Shown here in pieces: positions 14,392 to 26,703 of a stretch of DNA of 64,000 nucleotides. The notes beneath the pieces are model-generated. The model saw only the letters and a program-made list of their open reading frames with translations, had not been told where the DNA came from and ran no database searches. Position 1 is the stretch's first letter. Each line of letters opens with the position of its first letter. The DNA lies in assembly GCA_965235115.1 (NCBI GenBank), contig OZ249446.1, positions 14,570,001-14,634,000 of the forward strand, given 5' to 3'. The translations under genes and the position numbers were made by a program. The DNA comes from Laetmonice hystrix. Lineage: Eukaryota.

Positions 14392-14533
14392 CAATAGTAC
14401 ATTCTGCTCGGTCAGGGCCTACTCCTGGTGGACGACAATAGTACATTCTGCTCGGTCCATTCAGGGCCTTCTCCTGGTGGACGACAATAGTACATTCTGT
14501 TCGGTTCATTCAGGGCCTTCTCCTGGTGGACGA
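14392..14533. repeat. 44-49-bp minisatellite, 3 copies
   Basis: CAATAGTACATTCTG(C/T)TCGGT...CAGGGCCT(A/T)CTCCTGGTGGACGA repeated three times. Confidence 0.9.
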
Positions 14534-16909
14534 CAACAACTCTCTATAATAATTTGTGTGTAGGTGGTCTCCACCAAGTTTGATTCCTACCGTTACAGGC
14601 AGAATTGTGACAGTACGTGCCGACCACACCCACACAAAGTATACCCATGCCACTTCCCGTACCCAGAAACATGATAGAGGGCACTCGTGTCATTCACAAA
14701 GGTTTTAGTTCCGATTTCAAGCGTCTACCATGACCGTTACAACGTACATTAACGTTGCAACCGTATGACAAAGCTCAAAACGATGTTTTGTTCACTAAGG
14801 AGCTCCCCCCGGGCCGCAAATCCCCAAGTTCAGACTGTAGGATATCGTAAGTGGATGCTGACATATTGTGGATGTCACAAAGACTCGCCGTCAGCACAAA
14901 CCTATAGTCTGCCGTCCGGGGCCTGTCGTCTCAGCCAGGTTATGTCCCAAAGGGACACAAGACTTCAGGAAGGTCCTTAGTACGACCAGCCGCGCTTAGC
15001 TGGGACTAATTAAAGTGGGCGTCCCACTGCGGGCCTTGGGACTGTGGCCGGATACACACCCACACCCGAGCCGTTTCGCAACATGGCGGTCGCCACAAGT
15101 GGTTTCATACGTGATTCAAACAAAACACTCGTTGATATGTTGCAAACTTTAAAAGATCAAACTAAATCCTGCGTGATGCCCCCTCTCCGCGATTCCTTGC
15201 GATTTGAGTCTTTGATTGGATTGGATAGAAACTATAGTACTATAAAACTGGTTTCATTCTTCAAATTCGATGTCGTCAGAGAAGACAAATCTGCGGCTTG
15301 CGTATGGGTACAGTCTTTAAGAACAGGTTGAAGCATACTTGGTCAATGTTGACCCACAATTTTTCCGTTTAATATATTTCGATGATAAGGCATAGGCGTC
15401 GGACGCGAACGACTCCCTTTGGCCAATGATGCCCCATAAATTTTCAAGATTCATTGGTACAAAACGTGTTAATATTTTCTTCTGGTAGCTCTGTGCTGAC
15501 CAGGTGCCCCCCTGAAGTCGAATTCGACCCATGCTATGGAAATCCTGGGGCCGCCAATATAAGGGATTATGGTTCAGTGGACTTGATACCATTAAGACTG
15601 CAGGAATCTCAGAACTCTCCCCTTTCCGATATACCCATGCTCTATAATGCTGGACACGGGGAACGGCATATCTGAATGACTTCCTGTTCCACTCAAGGCC
15701 GAGGTGTATTAGTTCCGCCGGCCAAGTCATAAATCTAGACTTTCCTATTACATCGAAAATACCTGCCATTTATAAGGTACACCCGAATATAATAGATGAA
15801 CGTACACGTAATGTCGTCTCCAGTTCATGGAAATCAACTATCTAATATAAAGCAAACCTTGGCAGCTCAGAACAGAATTTGATAGAGCCCTAATTGCGTT
15901 TTCGTGGGATGCGGACCCTTTAAGAAAGACATACTCGGTACTCGATCAATTCCTTATTTGCATGTGCAACGTACCTCCATAGATAACGTTGATAAAAAGG
16001 AGAGCTTACAAGTTCCAGCCAGTGTACCCCTGTTGTTGGCAATCGGGTGAACTCAACGTCGACGCTCTAATGCGCATGCACTTAACGGGCGAACTGCGCG
16101 CAGCGAACGCTTTCAATGTTGCGGCCTCAATTTCCTGTTATTGAATGCCTCCACCCAAACTACTTCCATTCGCGACGAGAAGTCAACTGCCCCACTCGTA
16201 AATGAAAAAAACCCTCTGAACGGAGTAGCACTGATATGCTAAACTGGCAGCCTTATACTCGATATCCATGCTTATGATTTTCATCGATGGCCAAAATGGC
16301 AGGTCTAAGGGGGAGTATTCAGCCAGAAAAGACATCCATACACGACATAGGGGCCAATGAACTGTAATGCTTGAGGAAGTCAGGAAACGCCTTGCAACAC
16401 ATGTAAGATGTTGGGTGTGGTGAAAATGTTTCAAAGCTATTTTAACTTTGTCGTGCTTTACTGGACACTCTGCACTAATATTGCTGGGACTGATGTCAGC
16501 CGAACCATATTGACACAGGCCACACGAATGGATCTTTTTCAGATTATTGAATAATATCACCAACTCAAAATTGAATGAGGATCAGATATAAGGGGATACT
16601 CCGTATAAGATTACACAATTTGCTGATACAGCAGCATAGGAAAAAAACTTCTTTAGAAAATCTTAACGTATTATGTTGAAAAGAACTTGAGAACAGGTTT
16701 TAACTTTGCGCCGTCCATTTCATTGCCCTTGGCGTCGTCATTGCAACACCACTGGAGGCAGGATAACTGGACGTGCAGCAAATGTCTGTGTCATCTATAG
16801 CTTCAGAGTAAATATAATCTGGATATACTGATATAAATTCAGTTTCAAAATTGTGTGGTTCCCTTGCTACTGGTAATAGACAAAGTTCAATGAGTAAGTA
16901 GTAGATTGA

Positions 16910-17580
16910 AATGTTCCTCGGTTGCAGGATATTTTCGTTACGATAACCATGCCCGAGTATAAGTAGTTCATACAGATGTTCCTCGGTTGCAGGATATTTT
17001 CGTTACCATAACCATGCACGAGTATAAGTAGTTCATACAGATGTTCCTCAGTTGCAGGATATTTTCGTTACCATAACCATGCACGAGTATAAGTAGTTCA
17101 TACAGATGTTCTTCGGTTGCAGGATATTTTCGTTACCATAACCATGCACGAGTATAAGTCGTTCATACAGATGTTCCTCGGTTGCAGGATATTTTCGTTA
17201 CCATAACCATGCACGAGTATAAGTAGTTTATAGAGATGTTCCTCGGTTGCAGGATATTTTCGTTACCATAACCATGCACGAGTATAAGTAGTTCATACAG
17301 ATGTTCCTCGGTTGCAGGATATTTTCGTTACCATAACCATGCACGAGTATAAGTAGTTTATAGAGATGTTCCTCGGTTGCAGGATATTTTCGTTACCATA
17401 ACCATGCACGAGTATAAGTAGTTTATAGAGATGTTCCTCGGTTGCAGGATATTTTCGTTACCATAACCATGACCGAGTATAAGTAGTTTATAGAGATGTT
17501 CCTCGGTTGCAGGATATTTTCGTTACCATAACCATGACCGAGTATAAGTAGTTTATAGAGATGTTCCTCGGTTCCAGGAT
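16910..17580. repeat. 65-bp minisatellite, 10 full copies plus a partial copy
   Basis: Unit GATGTTCCTCGGTTGCAGGATATTTTCGTTACCATAACCATGCACGAGTATAAGTAGTTCATACA; starts at 16910, 16975, 17040 through 17560. Confidence 0.97.
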
Positions 17581-17849
17581 TCCCGTTCCTATTCCATGTT
17601 GAATTCCATGGGTCCTAATCTGCTGGCATTATAGGTCAGCTATAGGATTCCCTGACGAAAAGTGATTTTGATAATCAAAGTAACGATACATTTGCTAGTT
17701 TTTTTTTCACCCCCAATGGAAAAACCTTTGTGGCAGTGAAGCCGAGCGGTTGGACGAATCTGGCGCCACCACCTGTCGACTAATCTACCAAAATGAGATC
17801 ATTCAGGCAAAACCATCCTCCGACGTATGCGGCCAATAGACCTCTAGTG

Positions 17850-18780
17850 ATGATCGGATTCTGTTGTCTGTCACTGAGTGATTGGTACTAGTTTGTATCA
17901 TTCTATAGGTTAGACCGCACCTGAACATTATAAACCATGTACGTCGTAAATTTGATGTTGACTGGTTCTCAAAATCCTCCACCTCAACGGCAAGGTCATC
18001 AACGAACAAAAAAAAACGCAAATCGGACCGAGACACAAAGGGTTATAGTGATGAAAAACTTCATTGAGATGAAGTAAAAAAGGACTTTGGAATATGAGAT
18101 GCCTTTGAAGCACGTTTTCTGCAATCAATCTGAGAGTAATAACGTCAAAATATACTCGGTAATCACATAGGCAGCCTTAAGGCTACTACACATCTATTAT
18201 GCACGACTACGACCCCACCCGACTCGACTAGTCATTCTCAGCTGGATCGTATTATATTATATACTGCGCGTAACAGAAACGTTAGGAAAGGGTATGAAGT
18301 TTAAATAATTAGTATTAGTAATAATATATTAGTATACAAAAAAATAAAAGACAATGCAAAATTAAAACTCGAAGAAAAGACAACAACCAAAAGACAAGAC
18401 ATTACATGATAATACCTCTTTAACGTATCCCAATCCCGCTCAACAACTACACGCGCCATTGCTCTGTCGACCTGAAACGTCTGCTGCTAGAAGAGTTTCT
18501 TATTTGGCATCGCCGAATATCGTTACGTTTGGGCTTGTCGTGCAGACGCCATCCATTTTGGCAAACTCTTCAGCTCTACAATCATCAATAATAGCTCGCC
18601 ACAGGTAGGCGATGACCATATGCTGGGTAGTCCTTTTGAAGTGGATGGGGTCCCGAAGGCCGTTGCTTTGATGTTCTTGAAAGTGCCTCTGGCATTTTCT
18701 ATTCAATTTTTGAATGGTGTAGGCTGTTGCACAAACATAGTCTGCCTTGCTAAGCTCGATGTTTTTTTTTCTCATGACGA
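17850..18780 (-). pseudogene. Decayed non-LTR retrotransposon (LINE) reverse transcriptase fragment
   Basis: The minus strand gives SPFLLHLNEVF (~18061-18090), then after a frameshift in a T-run FFLFVDDLAV (DD at 17995-18000) and CGLT. This follows the LINE RT order LSPxLFNLY...LLFADDL...GLxIN. The upstream ORF 18500-18784 only weakly resembles the QxGFR...STTDH region. Confidence 0.5.
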
Positions 18781-21311
18781 ACAATGAAGGTTACATGCCT
18801 GCCGAGGCTGAGTAGAACTTGGTTAGGTCTTGGTACCACATAGTGTGCTTCAGAGGAGTTTAAAAAATACAATTTAGCTCCCGCATACTTGCAGTATACA
18901 CTTATATATTGGCCATACTATTCATCCTGGTCCCACCGGAGCGTTTCTCCCCTCTCTATTTCTGTATACCCTCTTCTCCATCTCCCCTTTATTTCTCGCA
19001 TCTCATCCTCTCTGACTTTCCCTATGCATAAACACAATAAATTATGCAGACACATGCTGCTTCCATATTTATAGAAATCTATTTGGTCTATCAAACAGCT
19101 CTTATGTGTCCGGACAATAAGACCAGAATGACGTACACGGGCGGACATCTATTAATGTTTCACACTCGAAGACAACGCTGAGTATTTACTGATCATCCCC
19201 AGCCCCCCATATCGGCTATCTCTGCATCAAATATAGCTGCAAGATAAATATACCCAGATAAACCGCGTCAAATGTCCAATAAGCGTCAGATTGCCAACTG
19301 CACTTAGGGTAGGGAGGGTCAGAGGTTTTGGCAGCCAACCTGAACCCTTTTACGCCAATGCTATAGGTGGCGCAGATGACAATATGGCCCACAGGTCCGA
19401 ATGTCAGGTGCATATGTCAGGTAGGTGGGTTATAATCGGTTGATGAGTTTATGGAGGATATGAAAACGCTGCCTGAGTTCGGACCACCGCCATCGATAAC
19501 CCCCTCCTTATCCACCTTCATGCCCGAGGTTGGGGCGCGGGTGGGGTGGGGGTTAAGTAGATAACCCGCTTCCTGTACGGGATGGAGGGGGGGGGGGGTA
19601 GAGTCTCTGGTGAATAAACGTCTAATGTTCACACGTAGCTACCAGGTATCGGTCAGTGCTGATACTGTAAGAATTGCAAGTTTTAAAGTCACTTTATTAA
19701 CGAATTTTCCTTATCTCACCCCTAAGTGTGCACCTTATACCCCACAGACCCTGCAGCTACAGGTCTGATACCCATAGGGCAGTCATCAGGAAAGTGGCAC
19801 TGTTGACCTTCATGTGGGAGTCATGTTTACTAGTTTCCATACCGGGTTTCCATACCACTCTGCCTGATTGCCAGGCCGCCACAAACTGTTACACTTCATT
19901 AGCACCATCTGTTCGGTAGAAATGAGATGCGTTCACTTTTCATCCTATTACCTGGTAATGCCGACAGGTGGCTGTCCGACTACTCCAATCTGAAAATGGC
20001 GGGAATATCTGGCCATGTAAGAAATGGATCAGACGGTGCTTATCAGCTCAATGTAACGAATCTCGCACGACAGGAGCTTAGTGTCACCTTGTGAAATGAG
20101 CTTCAGTATACGCAATAGAAATACCTTTTAAAATGGGTCTTTCCTTTACTGGATACTGGGAACTGATACGATTTGGACATGATGTGAAACCCGTATCCAT
20201 TCCCTTTAAAGGTCGTTTACTTTATTTAGAATACTATAATATTCACACCAGTGGGCACTATTGATGGCGCTTGAATGAAAGACATTCAAGGTCGGATATT
20301 ATTCATGGCCCATATGCCGCCGATTCTTTTTTGAAGCACTCCACCAGCTCTTTTAAGCAAGATAAACACGCGTGAATCACTATAGAAATCTACATACACA
20401 CCAACAGAAAAACGTTTGGAAAGTTTGATCAACATTCTCATGAAATAATTATTTCCATAACCCTTACATTTTTCTGACGTGAATTATGAATAGGCTAGTT
20501 CAATTTGCAGGGACGGCCTGCCTTTGTTGAGCATGCTCATCTCATAACGCGCATTCTTGTTGCCAATTATATTGACTGCAGCAATTTGCACGTTGCTTAA
20601 CAACCGAGTGCTAATTATTGCAATTGAATGCACCACCGTTATGATGTAAGGAAGGATGATTGAAAATCGGGATGTCATTAATGAAGAGTCGCAATTCTAC
20701 CTAACGTACAACCTAATCTAAAGGTGCTTAGGATGGAGGATTCCCTGTCGTCGGGTCGACCAGTCGTAACTAGGCAGGTGGATTTTACAGCCTTGTGTAG
20801 AATTAGAGTGACATAAACTAGCGGGAATGGTAATGAGGAACTGAAGCATGCAGTGTATGCCCAAAATATACCGGGCCAAACACTAAGACCGCCATAGCAA
20901 GTCAGTTCGGTATGTATAGACGCCACTGAAGATGTCATGAAGTTATATATCTATGTAACAGCTAAGCCTTACCTACAGTGCCAAAGGTAGCCAAGTCTTA
21001 TTTCAGCAGACGGCATGGCGACCACTAATAGAAAGGACATACAGATTTTATATACGTTCCTAGCAAGCAATGTTATCTGAATTACCAGCTTTGACAAACA
21101 GCGAAAACATCTTAAACGCTACGGATAAGTTACAGCCGCGGTGAGCCACAGTCGTGGATGACTCAGCATGCGACAACAAAATATAACGACGGTACCATGG
21201 GCAAGTGTCAATTTAATCAGAATCCCGACTATACACGCGATCTCGCATAATAATTCCCTGTGTCATTTTCGACCAAGTTGCCAAGTCGCCCTGTTCACAT
21301 GGGCCGTGCGG

Positions 21312-21404
21312 ATGACGTAGGTGTGACGTCATAGAGTGGCTGCGGTTGCCGGCCTCCTGCGCGAGCGTGACGTATAAACGATCGGTGCTGCTGAGGCGGG
21401 GCGG
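21312..21404 (+). promoter_or_regulatory. CRE cluster with TATA-like and GC boxes; candidate promoter of the neuropeptide gene
   Basis: TGACGT at 21313, full TGACGTCA at 21324-21331, TGACGT at 21368 overlapping TATAAA (21373-21378), GGGGCGGG near 21397. It lies about 2 kb upstream of the first coding exon. Confidence 0.5.
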
Positions 21405-23431
21405 GAGTGATTGATTCGTGGGTGGCCCGACAATAAGGAAGTATCTGGCAGTCGGGCACGCGGCACGGGACATAGGCTGTCACTGAGGCGGAGAAGAGCT
21501 CCCGGCAAGCTACACCAGGCTACAGACGGTGACAGAGGCAGCCTACCTTCATTACGGTCGCTTGGCAATTGGCTCGGCAGAAACAACATTCTCGGCACTT
21601 CAATTCCGACAGACAAAGAGACATGGAGTGCACATGTGCTGGAAGGTAAACCGTCTCTGTGACATCTTCATTGCATCTAGAACCTTTAAAGCTAAGCGCA
21701 CCCTTTACTTAAATCTATCGACAGAGAAAGAGAGCCTTCAAACAGGGCAGGTAGGTGGTTACGATCCGATATGTCGGAGTGCGTGTACTTTAATCTACAG
21801 CGTTGCCCACAGACATACTCCGGCAGTCTATGTTAATGTCCTGAATGTCCTCCGAGGGCGACAGTCCACTGGACATTTCGGCAGGATGCCCATTAACAAA
21901 GAAAGGAAAGTCTCTTGGTTTCACTTAACATTGTGCCCTGCTGAGTCTTCCCAGGTAATGGCGCCGAAGAAGGTGCGTTTCCCAGCATCGAGGCATCTTC
22001 GTTAGAGTAATGGAAGACCTCCCGCCGCCGATGTAGTGATGGCAAAGGGAGGATTTTCATTTAGGCAGGGGGCGGGCAAGGGGGCGGCGGATATAGAAGA
22101 GGCAGTAGCAGTGTGATAATGAAGGACGACAGACACAACATTCAGTATTATTCACATCTATATGAGAAGCACTTTGATCATCAGCAGACAGAGACAATAA
22201 GGCAGACGCAGGAGCAAGCAGACCTCCAATGTCTCAATACTTTTTCTCCTGCGCTAACTCTCAGGGAACTTTTAAAAGCTGCCTGGTGGTCGGCACAATA
22301 CGCATGCGCCGTGTAGAGATTATGTATAGGAATTTTCCATCAATTCTCATGAATAATTCCAAAAGTACTCGGCTTCAGTTTTCAGTATAACATTTAAACT
22401 ATTAGAATTGCAGACGAACTGGTGTTGATGTTTAACAGTAGACTGTATATGACATGTGGAAAGGGGGTTCTTTCCTTTCCTTGTCTTTCGTTCTATGTTT
22501 ATTCACTTAAATTTTTACATCGATCATCTCTATTCGTTTATGTTTTTTTAAATTTGATGCTAATTCTCGCACATATTCCTCTCCATTCGACAGATATCTC
22601 ATGATAATATTAGGATGTAAGTGTCTCTTCTACTCTAGATATCCAGTGATATTATAGAGAAGACACGAGCGCTGAAGGTCCCTTGAGAACTTTCTGTTGA
22701 GATGTCCGATATAAATTGAAAGGAACCTGGAAGCAGCTAGACCAGGGCCCCATTATTTCCAGACCTGTGGAAAACGTCACAGTTTAATGAATTCCCGGCA
22801 CACTTTATTTTTCGATACCTTTATTATCCTTATAGTCTAGGAATATCAATTTGGTTCATATAATATTTATTGATGCCCACTAGAACATAGTCCTCATGGT
22901 AACCATGGCTTGTTTGGGTAAACGCGGCAGGGAATTCAAAGTTGAGGCGGTTTACTTAAGAGAGGGTATGAAGTATATTAGTCAACAATTCCCAAAATAC
23001 AACCAACATTTGATTAGTTACCTCTATGTCGATAAAAATGTCGGCATAAAATATAATATTCCTTTAAAAGTGGCTCCAAACTTGACAAAAATAGATGTTT
23101 CCTGTTTCAAATTTGGTGGAAATGGCTGAATGTTTAAAAACACAACTATTGAATTTATATAAATATGCAACGTATTCCCAAACATCAGGGCTGCCATTGA
23201 GACATCGTTTCTTTCAGAGTCTTGATGGATATAATTATTTGCTTTAAAGGGTTTGCTATTCCTTTTGCTCTATCTTTTGACTTTCTTTGAACCCGTCACC
23301 GACAGGGAAACGGAAGACAGCTTCGTCAGTACGAAAGCACACGACATGTATATTATGGTATGATGTCGACCAAAAAGAAGCTGTAGTATATACCTGATAT
23401 GTTGTTTTTTTTTCTCTTTATTTTTAGAAAA

Positions 23432-23536
23432 ATGGAAAGTCGAATCTTGTTGGTGGCCACTGTTTGGCTGGCTGTTCTCTGCCTCAGCGCGTCAGCGATG
23501 AGTTTACCTCGCGATGACAAACAGAATGAACTTCAG
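23432..23536 (+). CDS. whitnin: Whitnin/SPTR/PKYMDT-family neuropeptide precursor, coding exon 1 (signal peptide)
   Basis: Polypyrimidine acceptor TTTTTAG ends at 23427, ATG at 23432. MESRILLVATVWLAVLCLSASAMSLPRDDKQNELQ is a classic signal peptide (35 codons) ending at the phase-0 donor CAG|GTGAGT. Confidence 0.88.
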
Positions 23537-24059
23537 GTGAGTCAATCCTTTCTACCACTCTTACTCAGGCATTCAGGGGCCAATGTCAAGTAAAGTATCT
23601 GAGTGACGAATAAAGATGACATCTGCGGCTTTCCATGTTGTACCTGCACTGTATTCTGTGTTAGCATATATGCGCATTCTATCTGCCAATGCCATTCAGG
23701 GGGCGCCATATGATGGTCCGTATGGAATGCGTGTTCCATGCGGACTGATTTTATTATACACGCGCGTTTTGGGGGTTACGCGTCGTTAACTATGTGGCCC
23801 AATGGAGTCACAGGAACATGTATTATAAATTTCGCGATCTACAGCGCCAAGCGCGGAGGCCTTATTATACACTTTTTGGGGCCACGTGACGTTAACGATG
23901 GGGCCTATGGTAGCACAGGAACACGTATTATAAATTAGGCCATCGGAGGATCTGGAAGTCTTTACAAATCGTTGGGGTTTTAAAAATCTTTGTTTCCCTT
24001 AAATTAGAAATAATCTATGCACATATAATAAAAGCTTAACGAGATTCGGCTCCTTCCTC

Positions 24060-24169
24060 CACGGCGGGTAAGTATGGAACTCGATGCCTGGCGCATGAAT
24101 ACGGCACTCCACCTTCGAGGTCGTGCGGTAATCATGCACCAGGCATCTCGTTCCCTACTTTCCGCCGTG
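24060..24169. other. Long imperfect DNA hairpin in intron 1 of the neuropeptide gene
   Basis: CACGGCGGGTAAGTATGGAACTCGATGCCTGGCGCATGA pairs with TCATGCACCAGGCATCTCGTTCCCTACTTTCCGCCGTG (~38 bp, several mismatches). The apex is ACCT-TCG-AGGT. Confidence 0.85.
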
Positions 24170-26140
24170 AAGAACCCTCATCCACTTACGTGTTTTTACA
24201 GAGTAACTGCGTTCGTACTGTGATGACCTTTTTGGGGGGTCAATTCGAGGAACAAAACATGCCATCTTGTACTGCGACAAACACGCAAGTCAGACGACAA
24301 AATTGTAGTACCAGTCATGCAATGTGATCTGACCTACAGTAGTTTCACCCGGCTGTACTTTAACATAGGATCACTTCTCTTTAGAAACATCCGAAACAGA
24401 TGGTGGTTTTTTTTCTGATTAGTTATTCATTGAAACTAAATACGTTTAGTTCAGTGGACACTTTTCAGCAGCAAACACGTCAGATGTCCTTTCACATCAG
24501 AGTGTTTGATACGATGTTGACAAAAAGTTAACTTCGGAATTCAGTTCAGTTAGACAAACAGTCACCGGACTGGACTCACCGGAGAGGTAGTCATAACTAG
24601 GACAGGGGATACTAGGGATAAATAAGCAAATTTTAGTATCCAAAATTGTGAATATAGCCTAAGGAAACCATGATGTAGGCTAATCAGGATGAATGAGTCA
24701 ACGAGAGCCTGGTTTTGATAGGGCTGTTCTGTTATCGGTTGTTACCCCCGACCAATGTAGTACCTTTTCGGCCACTTCGGGAATAGGACAGGTAAGTGGG
24801 GGTTTAAGGTATCTATTTTCTCTTTTAGCCACTGAAAAACACAGATGCAGTCCAATTTGCGATAAAATAAAATGTGATAATTAACAGAATCAATTTGTTT
24901 GTGACAACATAAATGCTTACGTGGTGGAATGAAGTGTCGAAAAAGTGTTTGCTTCCGTCACACACAAATTTAATTTGTGCGGTAAGCTTAAGAAAAAACT
25001 GAAGGCATGGTTGAATAAATGAAAGAGATGCTGCATGGGACCATTTGATCAGTGTTCATATATATTCATAAACAGTAATACCCTTCAGAAATTGTACCCT
25101 TCATCTCTCGCTTTTTTTCTCTCTCTCCATTTCCTTCCTTATTTTTTTACCGAGGCCCCATGATGGTTCCAATTAGATTTCCTGGAAAACAAGTCGATAG
25201 TCAGTCGAATTAACTGAACAGAGACAGCTGAGACGGTCTCGGTTCCGATCAGGTCGTGTCTGCGAGAACAGCTACTCTTGTCACGGACGCTAGGCTAAAA
25301 ACAAACGGTCATTATGTCACGTGACACGGCTACGAGCGGGTGTAAACGGCTCTCCTTCCACCTTAAATGTTGTTCTGCCCCAGTGGTAGTTGTCCTGACC
25401 ACTTAACGGCTCGCTGCCATCTTGGACACGTAGTCGAGGGAACGTCGGTCGTCATAACGACAAAGGTCACCGTAATCCCGAGCGAGACATCACGAGACTT
25501 GCATGTTTGGACGCCCAAAGCACGCCACATGTTAACGTCAGCCGTTCTTGCTTCGGTCTCCCGAGCTTCAGCCTATAGGTCAAACAATCTGCAGTCATTT
25601 ACTAGCGGCTCCAAAGAACTAGATCCTCGTCAAGGCGACTGGATCCTCTTTCAGGTAGTCAAGTAAAGGGCAAACCATCAGTCTCGACTTATCATGATAA
25701 TAAAAGCGGAGAGGAGAGGGCGCGAAGATCGGGGTTATTGGTACATCTCAGGTACAATAACTAGCTTGAATAACCGACCCTGAATAACTGAAACTAAATA
25801 CAGTAAGGATGGTACGTTGTTCCAGTATGAAAACCGGTACTGGCAACAAAATGAAAAAGTCGGCGTTGTTCGGTAGAAATGGAGCTCCAGGCTATGTGAT
25901 TCAGAACGAGAACTGAACTGTACAGGCGGACGAGATTATTATGGTGGTTAGGGAATTGTACTGCCAGATTCAAAGAGTTGCAATCCTCAGCTTATCAATA
26001 ATCCTCACAATATACAACATATATACCTGCGTACTTGCATAGTAGACATACATTTTCTACCATTATTACGTGAACATTCACGGACCTGTGCGTATGTTCT
26101 TACGTGGAGCCTGATTCATTATTTGCATGTTCTCTTTCAG

Positions 26141-26242
26141 TCGGAGCAAGGGGATCTGGAAGAGAAGGAACGTGCGACATGGCTCGACACAAGGGAATTG
26201 GAAGATGAATTTAAAGAACTGGTTTACCTGGCAATACAAGAG
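26141..26242 (+). CDS. whitnin: Whitnin-family precursor, coding exon 2
   Basis: Acceptor TCTCTTTCAG, donor GAG|GTGGGT, phase 0/0. SEQGDLEEKERATWLDTRELEDEFKELVYLAIQE parallels the molluscan PKYMDTR...FKDLV...LQEL segment (recalled, not searched). Confidence 0.88.
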
Positions 26243-26570
26243 GTGGGTCATTGTGGTCACATCTCTATAGTGTGCCGTATGGAAAGCCTGCTTTTAAAGT
26301 CACATACTTTCGGCTTATGATGGCCTAGAATTCGTGCCACCAGAATATTCTGTACACCAATCGAAGTAAACATATTTTTCGACTTTACACAGGATTATGA
26401 TGCTCAAAATGAATACTTAAAAAAACTTGATGATGAGACAGGCAGACAAAACGCCTGTGGACGCTACTGCCTGCTACTGCTGCCTGGTGCCTGCTACTGG
26501 GCAATAGGGAGCGGGGGAAGTTGCGTGTAATGTCCATCTGTCTAGCCTTTCATTGCCTCTTGTGTTTTAG

Positions 26571-26703
26571 CTTGAGAACGAAGGTCGACTAACCAAAGGA
26601 GTTGTGGAAACCAAGTCAGTAGAGAAACGAGGACGCTGGCAGGGATTCTGCTTCCGAAAGACAAGAAGTGGCCGCTTCCTGCCCTACATCTGCTGGAAGG
26701 GAG
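26571..26703 (+). CDS. whitnin: Whitnin-family precursor, coding exon 3 (KR site and two-cysteine peptide)
   Basis: Acceptor GTGTTTTAG. LENEGRLTKGVVETKSVEKR-GRWQGFCFRKTRSGRFLPYICWKG has a dibasic site and a Cys-x13-Cys loop comparable to molluscan ERYMGICM...PC peptides. It ends at a G|GTGAGT donor or reads on to TAG at 26709-26711. Confidence 0.88.

Noticed and set aside
15317-15769. 150-aa ORF (also 48314-48757, 147 aa; 21529-22005, 158 aa)
   Set aside because: No recognisable motif and no supporting splice structure. Such lengths can occur by chance in six frames of 64 kb.
17735-17765. GCCGAGCGGTT resembling a tRNA A-box or SINE head
   Set aside because: No B-box or cloverleaf follows.
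20484-20938. Two abutting minus-strand ORFs with hydrophobic stretches resembling GPCR TM3-TM5
   Set aside because: There is no DRY/ERF-like motif and the Cys spacing is wrong. The resemblance is too weak without a profile search.
23537-23593. ORF-track extension of the neuropeptide exon (VSQSFLPLLLRHSGANVK)
   Set aside because: It reads through a consensus GTGAGT donor. The spliced model restores the conserved precursor.
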